Shown piece after piece: positions 31,703 to 39,153 of a stretch of DNA of 40,326 bases; within the stretch, counting starts at the first letter, position 1; each line of letters starts with the position of its first letter. The notes below the pieces were generated by a model that saw only the letters and a program-made list of their open reading frames with translations, was not told the origin of the DNA and did not search any database. The translations under genes and the position numbers were made by a program. The stretch lies in the IMG/VR virus record IMGVR_UViG_3300019458_000017, positions 1-40,326 of that record, one strand, 5' to 3'. This stretch comes from a virus.

Positions 31703-32779
31703 CTACGAAGCGGCGGTCTCCCTGAAGAAATCGGCGTTCCGGAGGATCTTCGAAGCCTTTTCCGGGCTCTTCGGAGCGGCCGTCTCGGCCTTCTTCTCCT
31801 CACGAGCCTGCTTGATGGCTTCGAGCTGCTTCTTGTTGATCGCGGCCGCCAGTTCTGGGCGTTTCTGGACCAGCGCGATGATCTTCTCATCGTCCAACTT
31901 GTCCAAAACTTCATCCGCGGCAAGCGGCGGCTTCACAATTCCGGGGAACCGAGATGCCACTATTTTTGCTGCGTCGGCAACGGTGGGGCTCTCTCCGAGC
32001 AGACGACGGGCCATCAGAAATTCGCTCATGATTGCCTTCACTTCGTCTGTATCCGGCAGCCCGGTTGCCGTCACCGCTTCCTTGAATTCCTTAAGAAGAC
32101 GCGCCTCCTCGGCGGCCTTTCTAATTTGGCGTTGAGCCGAGGAGTTCTCGTCTTCAAGTTTCTTTCTGCGCTCTCGCTCCTCTTCAAGGCGAGCCTGAGC
32201 CTCCCATGCCCTCTGAGCATCGGAAGACAGCTCCTCGAATCCCTTGTATTCTTCTACGGCCCCTTTGCAGAGGGCTATCAGCGCCTTGTAGGCGTCGATG
32301 CGGTTGCCCTTGTATTCTCCGTCCGTGAGAAGATCCAAGAGGGCATGAAGAGGTTTTTCGCTCAGCGCCTTGGCGCGTTTCTCGAACTCATCGCGGACCG
32401 AGAGCGCTTTCGAGATGCTTTCGTTGGCGAAGTCGAAGAAGTCGGCTTTGGTGGCGAAGTCCCGCATCTCGCCGTCAACTTTGAGCGAAATGAACGCATC
32501 GGCATCTTTCTTCCCGGACCCCTCCGCAGATACCGGCTCGGGCGAAGCCGTCTCCTTGCCGGCGACTTCCGCTTGAGATCCGTCGGCCTCAATAGCGGTC
32601 GCCCGAGTGGTTCCGGCATCCGGGGTGCTGGTGGTTCCCGATTTAGTCTCAATGGTTTTCGTTGGTTCAGTCGCCTTCTCCGGAGCCTCTAGGGCCGTTG
32701 CCTTGCTTTCGGCCGCCGGGGCCGCGGCAGCCGGATCGGACGCCGCGGCGGGCGTGTAGTTCGACCAAGTGTTCGCCAT
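31703..32779 (-). CDS. Scaffolding protein candidate (358 aa)
   Basis: Ala/Glu/Lys-rich helical sequence between the portal and capsid genes. Its ATG abuts the portal stop. Confidence 0.55.
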   Translation of the reverse strand: MANTWSNYTPAAASDPAAAAPAAESKATALEAPEKATEPTKTIETKSGTTSTPDAGTTRATAIEADGSQAEVAGKETASPEPVSAEGSGKKDADAFISLKVDGEMRDFATKADFFDFANESISKALSVRDEFEKRAKALSEKPLHALLDLLTDGEYKGNRIDAYKALIALCKGAVEEYKGFEELSSDAQRAWEAQARLEEERERRKKLEDENSSAQRQIRKAAEEARLLKEFKEAVTATGLPDTDEVKAIMSEFLMARRLLGESPTVADAAKIVASRFPGIVKPPLAADEVLDKLDDEKIIALVQKRPELAAAINKKQLEAIKQAREEKKAETAAPKSPEKASKILRNADFFRETAAS

Positions 32780-34894
32780 CTATGCCGCCTCCTGGGCGGT
32801 TTCTGATCTCAGATGCTCCCTCGCATCGCCGAGAATCTGCTTTGCGCCCGCAACCGGACGCGCTTGACCAGGAGGAGCGCGCGGCGGCTCTTCTGGATTT
32901 TCGCCCGGGCCCTCGATTTGACGTTGACCTCCCGGAGATCCCGAAGGCGCTCCTATCTGCAGCCCACCCATTGGCCCGGCCAGCATGGACAGGACCTGCA
33001 TCAATTCTGGAGGCGCCCACTTGAGCGCCACCATGAAGGCTTGCGCGACTCCATTCTGGCTTAGCATCGCCATGTGCTGAAGGACGTGCGGCATCACCCG
33101 CATAACGAGCGAATCGTCCATTCGCGCCTCGACTGATCCAACCAAATCGCTGACGTGAATCTTCATGTGGCTCAAGTGATCATCGGTGATGCTGACGACA
33201 ACCTGTCCGCCCTCCTTGATGGTCTCGTTCTCTTCGTGCGCCAGTTTGGTCTGGTTCTCGATGGGATCTAGGACTCTCTGAGCCGGCGAGCCGTTGAAGA
33301 CCGAGAGCAGTTCCTTTTCGTTGGTGATGAGTCCCAGCTCCGCCATCATCTTGGCCACCTGGAATCGACCGGACGGAGTGCGCAGCGCGGGATTGCCCGG
33401 CTTCACGATCACCCTGGAGACCTTCTTGAGGCCCGCTCGGCTCATCTTCGAGTAACGCACGATGTCTCCGGCTCCGACAATGGGCACCTCAAGACCCTCC
33501 TCGATCTTCTCCGAGAAGATGTCGAGCACGCTTTGCCCAACGCTCGACGCGGCGTCCAGCGCGGCCTGATCGAAGAGCCCGTTCGCCTGAACGGTCTTCA
33601 TGTCCAGAAGGGCCGCATGGACCCCGCTGGTCTCCTTGTCTTGGATGCCTCGTGAGACGGCGGAGATGTTCGAGACCGAGTCCATGCGGGCGAGGATGTT
33701 GTCTATCTGATGCTGGATTTCCGGAGACGACTTGAGAAAGTCGAGCACCTTCACTTCTTCGCCGAGGAGGATTCCCGCGCCCGGCTCGAGCGCCTTCCAG
33801 TTGGGAGCCGCCTTGCTCCAGAGCATCGTCTGACCGAACTTTCGCGCGTTCGTGAGCGCCGTAGAGATGAGGATATTGAGCGCCTCTTGCAGCGGCGCCA
33901 GGTCAACTGCGGGCGAGTGGCCGATGACCGATGTCCCGAGCATCTCGGAGTGAAAAAGCGTGTGAATCGGCAGGCTCTTGTAGAGAGGGGAGCCGCCGGG
34001 TCCGAGCGGAATGCCTCCATCCTTGAGCACGGTATCGCCCACGAAGCAGGTGAAGCGTCCGGCGGGCAACGCCGGCGTCGGGAGATGGACGAAATACCAC
34101 TTGTCCACCAGGTCGTCATCGTAGTCGCTCTGAACGAGCCCGCGTTCGATGCCGTGGAATCGATAGATCTCATCGCTGGATCGTCCGGCCGAGGCCAGGA
34201 TCTCATCGCGCTTGGAGAAATAAGTCTCGGCGACATCCCAGATGAGCCTTCGACTTCGCCAGAGCGCCCACTTTCGCTCTTCCGGCCTGGCGTGGGTGGG
34301 ATCGAATACGACATCGGCCAGGGTGGGATTCTCGATGCAAAGATCGCCCGAATGGTAGATGTCGAGAGTGTTTTCGTCTCCGCCGATCTCATCGCCTTTC
34401 GTCTCATCCCAGTAGGCCGCGACGTATCCGACTCGGTAGATGAGCGCGTGCTCCTTCTGTCTGCGCAACGCGCGCGCCATCGAATATTTCGGCTCGTCCA
34501 TGACCCAGTCGAGCAGCCCTGCGGCCCGTTTAGCCTCGTCCAGCGTGGCTTGGCTCGTGTCCGCGCCCTGAGGATCCCAGTCAATCTCCTTCTGGGTGTA
34601 GCTGAGTAGGATTTGCAGACGCGCGCGAAACTCGTTGACTCCGAGCTGCGAGATGTCGAGGTCCTCGCCGCCCATGACGATCTTTCCGCCCTCCCAGTCG
34701 TAGAAGAGCCCCTGATAGAACCGCCAGAGTTTGTAAACTCCGTCCACAATGGCCGACTCTTCCAAGAATCTCCAGAACTGCTCGCGCTTGTCTTCAAGGC
34801 TCTCGATGAGCACGTCCGGATCAGGTTCGGCGGCCCAGTACGTGTCGGCCGATCCGAGCCGCTTCGTGCGTCCTTCGCCTCCGTAGGATCTCAC
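32780..34894 (-). CDS. Portal protein candidate (704 aa)
   Basis: Large ORF just downstream of the terminase, with a GTG start in a GTGA overlap. Called from size and position only. Confidence 0.65.
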   Translation of the reverse strand: MRSYGGEGRTKRLGSADTYWAAEPDPDVLIESLEDKREQFWRFLEESAIVDGVYKLWRFYQGLFYDWEGGKIVMGGEDLDISQLGVNEFRARLQILLSYTQKEIDWDPQGADTSQATLDEAKRAAGLLDWVMDEPKYSMARALRRQKEHALIYRVGYVAAYWDETKGDEIGGDENTLDIYHSGDLCIENPTLADVVFDPTHARPEERKWALWRSRRLIWDVAETYFSKRDEILASAGRSSDEIYRFHGIERGLVQSDYDDDLVDKWYFVHLPTPALPAGRFTCFVGDTVLKDGGIPLGPGGSPLYKSLPIHTLFHSEMLGTSVIGHSPAVDLAPLQEALNILISTALTNARKFGQTMLWSKAAPNWKALEPGAGILLGEEVKVLDFLKSSPEIQHQIDNILARMDSVSNISAVSRGIQDKETSGVHAALLDMKTVQANGLFDQAALDAASSVGQSVLDIFSEKIEEGLEVPIVGAGDIVRYSKMSRAGLKKVSRVIVKPGNPALRTPSGRFQVAKMMAELGLITNEKELLSVFNGSPAQRVLDPIENQTKLAHEENETIKEGGQVVVSITDDHLSHMKIHVSDLVGSVEARMDDSLVMRVMPHVLQHMAMLSQNGVAQAFMVALKWAPPELMQVLSMLAGPMGGLQIGAPSGSPGGQRQIEGPGENPEEPPRAPPGQARPVAGAKQILGDAREHLRSETAQEAA

Positions 34895-35109
34895 GTGATC
34901 ACCGTCTTCGCCTGGACAACGAAGGTGCCTTCCTTTGTGTCCTTGATCTCTATCCCGGCGAGCAGGAGATCGCGTTCCATCTTGGCGCGCTTGTTCTTCA
35001 TGATCTCGTACTCGGCCTGAAGTGCGCGAAGCCTACGGACAATCTCGCCCATGCGGACTATTGCCGCGTTGCGGGCGTCGACGATCCGAGCAACCTCTTG
35101 AGGGTTCAT
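34891..35109 (-). CDS. Small coiled-coil protein (72 aa from ATG 35109)
   Basis: ATGA overlap with the terminase stop. Its own stop overlaps the portal GTG. Confidence 0.55.
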   Translation of the reverse strand: MNPQEVARIVDARNAAIVRMGEIVRRLRALQAEYEIMKNKRAKMERDLLLAGIEIKDTKEGTFVVQAKTVIT

Positions 35110-36617
35110 TTGAACCACGAATCCTTGGGCTTGATGTAGCCTTCGAGAATCTTGATCTCCGCCCCGTCTTCTACGATGAGTCTTGGCGCATCGCTAAGAA
35201 CTTCTTTTGGCTTCCAGTTCTGCCGCACGAAGACATCCGTCTCTTGAGGTCGAAACGCGGGCTCCGGGTTCTTCTCCCACGGCGCCATTCGCGCCATGTA
35301 GATCAGAGCCGCCGTGGCGTCCTGATGGCCCAAGGTGTCCGTGCGTTCGAGATCGCCGTGTTTGTCGAGCAGACCGGCGAGACACTGATAGCGGAGGACC
35401 TTCGCGCCGTCTAGGATGCGCAGTCTTCCCTCGTTCACGACAGTTCGAAGCCTTCTGAGCGCCTGGCGCTTATCGTACTTATCGACAGGAATCATGTGGA
35501 CGTGATGCTCTGAGCGAAAATCGTCCAGCTCCTTTTCGGTCGCGTCGGCGTAGAGCTTCACATCGTCTCGGCCGGGGAAGAGATCCTTTTTGAAGGATAG
35601 GATCTCCTCAACGAACCTCCTCGTGTTCGCACGCTTCAAGATGCGGGCCTTTTCAACGACCAAGATCCCCGGCCGCCAGTCGACGTACCCGCCCAGAACC
35701 GCCACGGGATCGGGATCGTAGCCGAGATCCGCGACGATGAGGGGCGTGAACCACCGCGGCCGCTCGTAACGCGGAATCTCGATGATGTCCTTCTGCTCCG
35801 AATACTCCGGGATCGTCGCGCGTTCGGTGTCCTGGATAAGCTGACACTCGGCCTCGCGAAGCCAGAAGGGGCTCTTGTCGTCTCCATCGCACGCCTTCAG
35901 AATCCGTTCGCGATCGATGGCGCTGAAATCCGGATTCTGGCTGGAGCGACACTCGAAGTACCGGCCATCTTCGATGGCGAGGGGAACGTAGCCACCATCG
36001 GCTCGCACGAGATCGTGATCCAGACTGGCCGGAGGAGTGGAGATCATGACGAGCAAGGGATCCGGCGTGCCCGTAAACGAGAAGACGAGCACGTTTTGAA
36101 CGAAGTCCTTGAGCGCCTTCACGTCCCGCGCTTCGTCTACGATGACGACATCCTGCCGCCCGCAACCACGGATGTGCGCGCCATCGGCATGATCGGTCCC
36201 AAGGTAGCGCAGGACCGATGGCGGAGATCCCCTCGGCCATGCGGGATTGCTAACGATGATCTGCCGGTCTGCCTTCGAGTGCTTGATCCGAAACCCACGC
36301 GGCGCCCTCGGCAAGATGAGGGACAAGGGCTGCTCCATGTTTCTCTCGGTCTGGTTCGCCAGGGGACTCAGAAAGAGCACGTGCGTGCCCGGCTGCATCA
36401 GGCACCGCTCGATTCCGTAGATGACCGTGATCGTTGTCTTCCCAAGGTGACGATGGCAGAGCGAAGCCACGGGCCCGAGATCGTTCGGCCGGTCCCGCTT
36501 GAAGTCGTGGACGAAATCGTAGAACCTCCTCTGCCCGTGCCGGCGCAGAAGGTAGGAGAGGCATCCGGCCCGCCAGGAGTCCTCGACCGTGATAGTCCTC
36601 TCCAGCGTGACGCTCAC
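35106..36617 (-). CDS. terL: Terminase large subunit
   Basis: Walker A-like HRHLGKTT and Walker B DVVIVDEA in the N-terminal half, with a nuclease-sized C-terminal half. GTG start in a GTGA overlap. Confidence 0.8.
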   Translation of the reverse strand: MSVTLERTITVEDSWRAGCLSYLLRRHGQRRFYDFVHDFKRDRPNDLGPVASLCHRHLGKTTITVIYGIERCLMQPGTHVLFLSPLANQTERNMEQPLSLILPRAPRGFRIKHSKADRQIIVSNPAWPRGSPPSVLRYLGTDHADGAHIRGCGRQDVVIVDEARDVKALKDFVQNVLVFSFTGTPDPLLVMISTPPASLDHDLVRADGGYVPLAIEDGRYFECRSSQNPDFSAIDRERILKACDGDDKSPFWLREAECQLIQDTERATIPEYSEQKDIIEIPRYERPRWFTPLIVADLGYDPDPVAVLGGYVDWRPGILVVEKARILKRANTRRFVEEILSFKKDLFPGRDDVKLYADATEKELDDFRSEHHVHMIPVDKYDKRQALRRLRTVVNEGRLRILDGAKVLRYQCLAGLLDKHGDLERTDTLGHQDATAALIYMARMAPWEKNPEPAFRPQETDVFVRQNWKPKEVLSDAPRLIVEDGAEIKILEGYIKPKDSWFK

Positions 36618-36871
36618 ACGGCACCTATCCGGGGCTGCACGGTGCGGATCCTCGTAGTCACCTCGATGGCCCCGATCCTGCGGTCGAGCCCATCTAGCTT
36701 CTCCGAGATGCCCTGAAGCTCAGCCATGGCGGGCTTCTCATCGTGCGCCTTCAACTGGTCGAGGAGCGACGTCAGCGCCACGAGTAGATGCGCCTCAGGA
36801 TGGCGTGCCGCCTGAACCTTCCCGCGCAGATCCGCGATGGACTCAAGCAGAACCGCCCGATAGTCATCCAC
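36614..36871 (-). CDS. Small helical protein (85 aa), possible small terminase or partner
   Basis: Lies immediately upstream of terL and is translationally coupled to it. GTG start. Confidence 0.45.
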   Translation of the reverse strand: MDDYRAVLLESIADLRGKVQAARHPEAHLLVALTSLLDQLKAHDEKPAMAELQGISEKLDGLDRRIGAIEVTTRIRTVQPRIGAV

Positions 36872-37004
36872 GGGCGACCTTAGCCACGCCGGCCGCGATG
36901 GCCCCGAAGAGCCCCCGCTGCTTCCGGGTCAGCTTGTGCCCCCGCACGGAGCCATGCCGGAGCATCTCCTTCGCCTTGTCCTTCGTGATCTTTCGACCCT
37001 TCAT
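36864..37004 (-). CDS. Micro-ORF (46 aa: MKGRKITKDKAKEMLRHGSVRGHKLTRKQRGLFGAIAAGVAKVARG)
   Basis: Hand-translated codon by codon; below the track cutoff. ATGA overlap with the upstream stop (37001-37004). Confidence 0.45.
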   Translation of the reverse strand: MKGRKITKDKAKEMLRHGSVRGHKLTRKQRGLFGAIAAGVAKVARG

Positions 37005-37198
37005 GAAACCCCCTTCGGCCGCGTGGCCGCGTGATAGCCCTTCTTCCGCCGCTTCCTCCGGTAGGTCACGGGCTCACAGGGCCAAGGGCCCATGGCCATC
37101 TCTAGGTCGCCCCGCTCCCACGGCATGGCGGGCACTGTCACCGAGGCGCCGAAGCGGATGAGCCGCCTCTCTACCGTGAGCTTATCACGCCTAGGCAT
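37001..37198 (-). CDS. Small basic protein (65 aa)
   Basis: ORF track entry with GAGGAGGAG immediately upstream of the ATG. Confidence 0.45.
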   Translation of the reverse strand: MPRRDKLTVERRLIRFGASVTVPAMPWERGDLEMAMGPWPCEPVTYRRKRRKKGYHAATRPKGVS

Positions 37199-37614
37199 CG
37201 CTCCTCCTCGATCCCGCGAATCCCACCGGCCTGCAGGATCTTCTTCTCGGCGGCTCGGATCTGCTCGGCGGTGATGATGGGCCGCTGATCTTCTACGCCG
37301 GCGAGGTCCTGCGCCTCAGCCGCGGCGTGAGCCTCGTCGCGAACCGAGACGTACGCGTGGACGAACTCGTGGACGACAAACGCCGTGGTCCTGGCGCGCT
37401 TGTAGTCGATCTTGGCCCGGCGAAGGCTCCGCAGGGCGCCCATGAGCGTGGCCATCACCTCCCGGATGGGCGCCGGCCACCACGCGACGTCGTCGAGCGG
37501 AGCGGCGGCAAACTCCTTCGGCCTCATCTGCCGGGGCATCTTCGGCGGCGGCAGGTTGGGGTAGACCTTAGCCCGCCACTCAAGGAAGTCCTTGGTGTCC
37601 TTTCGCATCATCAT
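37171..37614 (-). CDS. Hypothetical protein (147 aa from ATG 37614)
   Basis: ATGA overlap with the stop of 37611..38291. The track ORF extends to 37668. Confidence 0.6.
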   Translation of the reverse strand: MMMRKDTKDFLEWRAKVYPNLPPPKMPRQMRPKEFAAAPLDDVAWWPAPIREVMATLMGALRSLRRAKIDYKRARTTAFVVHEFVHAYVSVRDEAHAAAEAQDLAGVEDQRPIITAEQIRAAEKKILQAGGIRGIEEERCLGVISSR

Positions 37615-38291
37615 GGCTCTGCGCTCTCCTTCGCGTTCACTGGCGCGCGGCATCTCGACGGCCGACAAGCGCCGTCGGGTCCGTCCGCGCCGTCGAAGTC
37701 ATCGTCAGTCGGCATCTCCGATGGGCAGTCCGATGGGCCGGAAACTTCCTTCCGGAAACTTTTTTCCGAGGGGGGTCCATTTTGGGGGTCGGCCGAAAAG
37801 CGCGGGCCTAGCACGATGTCGGGATCCAGATGCGGGGGCAGCCTACCCTCCGCTCGGGCGCGGTCGACCTTCTCCCGGAGGAACTCGGTCAGGGACGCCA
37901 TCCGGGCCCGGAGGTGGTCCACGAAACGGTCCTCTGTATCGGCCGGCTCCTGGACCGCAGCCGCCGGGTCCGACACGCGCTTCGGGTCCTCCGGGTTCAC
38001 TTTTTGCGGCAAAGATGGCGCCTCGAATCGCTCGGCGAGACCAGCCAGAGGGTCCGATAAAATTCCGGCCGCTCGATCCCCAGGCGCCTGCTGGCGAACC
38101 CCCACCTGTACCACCCCCCGCTCCAGGTCCAGGATGGTCAGAGTCGCCTCTCCGAGCCGCTCGATCGGCACCCCACAACGCCGAAAAATCGCCCGCACCA
38201 CCCCGTCCCGACTCGCCTCAGCCGCCCGAATCTCGCGCATAACTGCTTTCAGGCCTTCACGTTGCGCGTCGTCCAGAACGACAAAATTCAT
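37611..38291 (-). CDS. First gene of the leftward arm (226 aa), unknown function
   Basis: ORF track entry with GAGGAA 4 nt upstream of the ATG. Acidic, Pro-rich C-terminal half. Confidence 0.6.
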   Translation of the reverse strand: MNFVVLDDAQREGLKAVMREIRAAEASRDGVVRAIFRRCGVPIERLGEATLTILDLERGVVQVGVRQQAPGDRAAGILSDPLAGLAERFEAPSLPQKVNPEDPKRVSDPAAAVQEPADTEDRFVDHLRARMASLTEFLREKVDRARAEGRLPPHLDPDIVLGPRFSADPQNGPPSEKSFRKEVSGPSDCPSEMPTDDDFDGADGPDGACRPSRCRAPVNAKESAEP

Positions 38292-38377
38292 CGATTCCTC
38301 AGCCTTTCTGGCCGTTTGAGCGGCCTAGCAAAGCGTTCCATTTTCGGAACACACTTGAATCAGATTTCGAATTTCCG

Positions 38378-38496
38378 TGCTTCATTTTGAAGCATCCCGA
38401 GTCGTAAATTTTACGAGTGCGTTGATTCCATTGAGTTTACGTCATCGATTCGTTCCGCCGGCGAGCCTGAATAAGCGGCGAATCGTGCAAATTGCA
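38378..38496. promoter_or_regulatory. AT-rich island with three short palindromes (candidate operators, promoter region or origin)
   Basis: The palindromes are TGCTTCA-TTT-TGAAGCA (38378-38394), CGTAAA-T-TTTACG (38403-38415) and TGCAA-A-TTGCA (38486-38496). This is the most AT-rich stretch noticed in the window. Confidence 0.4.
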
Positions 38497-38544
38497 AGGT
38501 TTCTTTGAAATCATTGAAGTTACGACTTTGTGGCACGCGTTTTT

Positions 38545-38570
38545 GGGGGGAGACAGGGGGGGTGGGGGGG
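38545..38570 (+). other. G-tract cluster 1 (G6-AGACA-G7-T-G7), G-quadruplex-capable
   Basis: Read directly: GGGGGGAGACAGGGGGGGTGGGGGGG. Confidence 0.6.
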
Positions 38571-38600
38571 CTAGGCTCGGCGCCCTCAGTCCGAAACCCC

Positions 38601-38623
38601 TGGACAGCCTGGACAGGGTGGAC
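38601..38623 (+). repeat. 9-bp-phased iterons TGGACAG-CC-TGGACAG-GG-TGGAC
   Basis: Read directly. Lies between the two G-tract clusters. Confidence 0.6.
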
Positions 38624-38650
38624 CTCACGGCGCGGGTACTTTTCGACAGC

Positions 38651-38669
38651 GGGGGGTGGGGGTGGTGGG
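38651..38669 (+). other. G-tract cluster 2 (canonical G4 motif GGGGGGTGGGGGTGGTGGG)
   Basis: Read directly; contains four or more G-runs separated by single T residues. Confidence 0.6.
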
Positions 38670-38757
38670 TGCCCGGCGCATTTTGCCGCATCCTCCGGGC
38701 AAGCTCTTTGCCGCATAAAGTTCGGTATTTGTTCGGGTGGTTCCTCCGGCCGTGTCT

Positions 38758-39090
38758 CTACCGCCGGCGGCGCGACTTTGCAAGCTCTCGGGGCAAAAAT
38801 CTTTTGCGATTTCCCGGATTTCTCTTGCGCTTCTCGCGTTTCTCGCTATACTTCACGGCATGGATGGGACGTGTGCCGTGATTCTTCCCCCCCCCTCTCC
38901 GCTCTCGGATGTCGAGTCGGACGCCGGCGAGTCGGCCGGCGTCGAAGAGCTCGAGAAGCCTCAAGAGCGCAAGGTCGAGCACCTTGGTCTTGGGCAAATC
39001 CAAGGCGAGCGACAGTCGGTTCTGCGCGGCGAGGGCTTCGGCGGAGAGCCAGTAGCTACGGGGGCCCGGGCGGAGATGTGTGCGGTTCAT
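38758..39090 (-). CDS. Ribbon-helix-helix-like candidate regulator (110 aa), uncertain
   Basis: The internal ATG 39090 of track ORF 38758..39312 gives MNRTHLRPGPRSYWLSAEALAAQNRLSLALDLPKTKVLDLALLRLLELFD.., a strand-helix-turn-helix pattern, followed by a basic tail. It is fully antisense to the + frame 38860..39153, and composition does not decide between the two. Confidence 0.3.
   Translation of the reverse strand: MNRTHLRPGPRSYWLSAEALAAQNRLSLALDLPKTKVLDLALLRLLELFDAGRLAGVRLDIRERRGGGKNHGTRPIHAVKYSEKREKRKRNPGNRKRFLPRELAKSRRRR
38825..38852 (+). promoter_or_regulatory. Rightward sigma70-like promoter candidate (early arm)
   Basis: TTGCGC (38825-38830), 16-nt spacer, TATACT (38847-38852). An ATG lies 7 nt downstream (38860). 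Confidence 0.45.
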
Positions 39091-39097
39091 GGCGCCC

Positions 39098-39125
39098 ACC
39101 ATAGCGAGAAAAGTCACGAATGCCA
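39098..39125 (-). promoter_or_regulatory. Leftward promoter candidate, inverted relative of 38825..38852
   Basis: The minus strand reads TGGCAT, 16-nt spacer, TATGGT, 7 nt, ATG (39090). It shares the 11-nt TTTCTCGCTAT with the rightward promoter (38839-38849 versus the complement of 39101-39111). Confidence 0.4.
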
Positions 39126-39145
39126 GCATGGGCTGGTGGAAAGGA
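39123..39145 (+). promoter_or_regulatory. Stem-loop + SD of the same architecture, different stem sequence
   Basis: CCAGC-ATGG-GCTGG, then T, then GGAAAGGA; ATG at 39154. Confidence 0.5.
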
Positions 39146-39153
39146 TCGACCTG

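Noticed and set aside
38411-39104. Track ORFs 38411..38716 -, 38437..38691 -, 38492..38881 + and 38505..39104 + in the divergent control region.
   Set aside because: Their translations are runs of Gly or Pro generated by the G/C homopolymer tracts. They have no RBS and cross obvious regulatory repeats. Only the 38758..39090 minus-strand candidate was kept, at low confidence.
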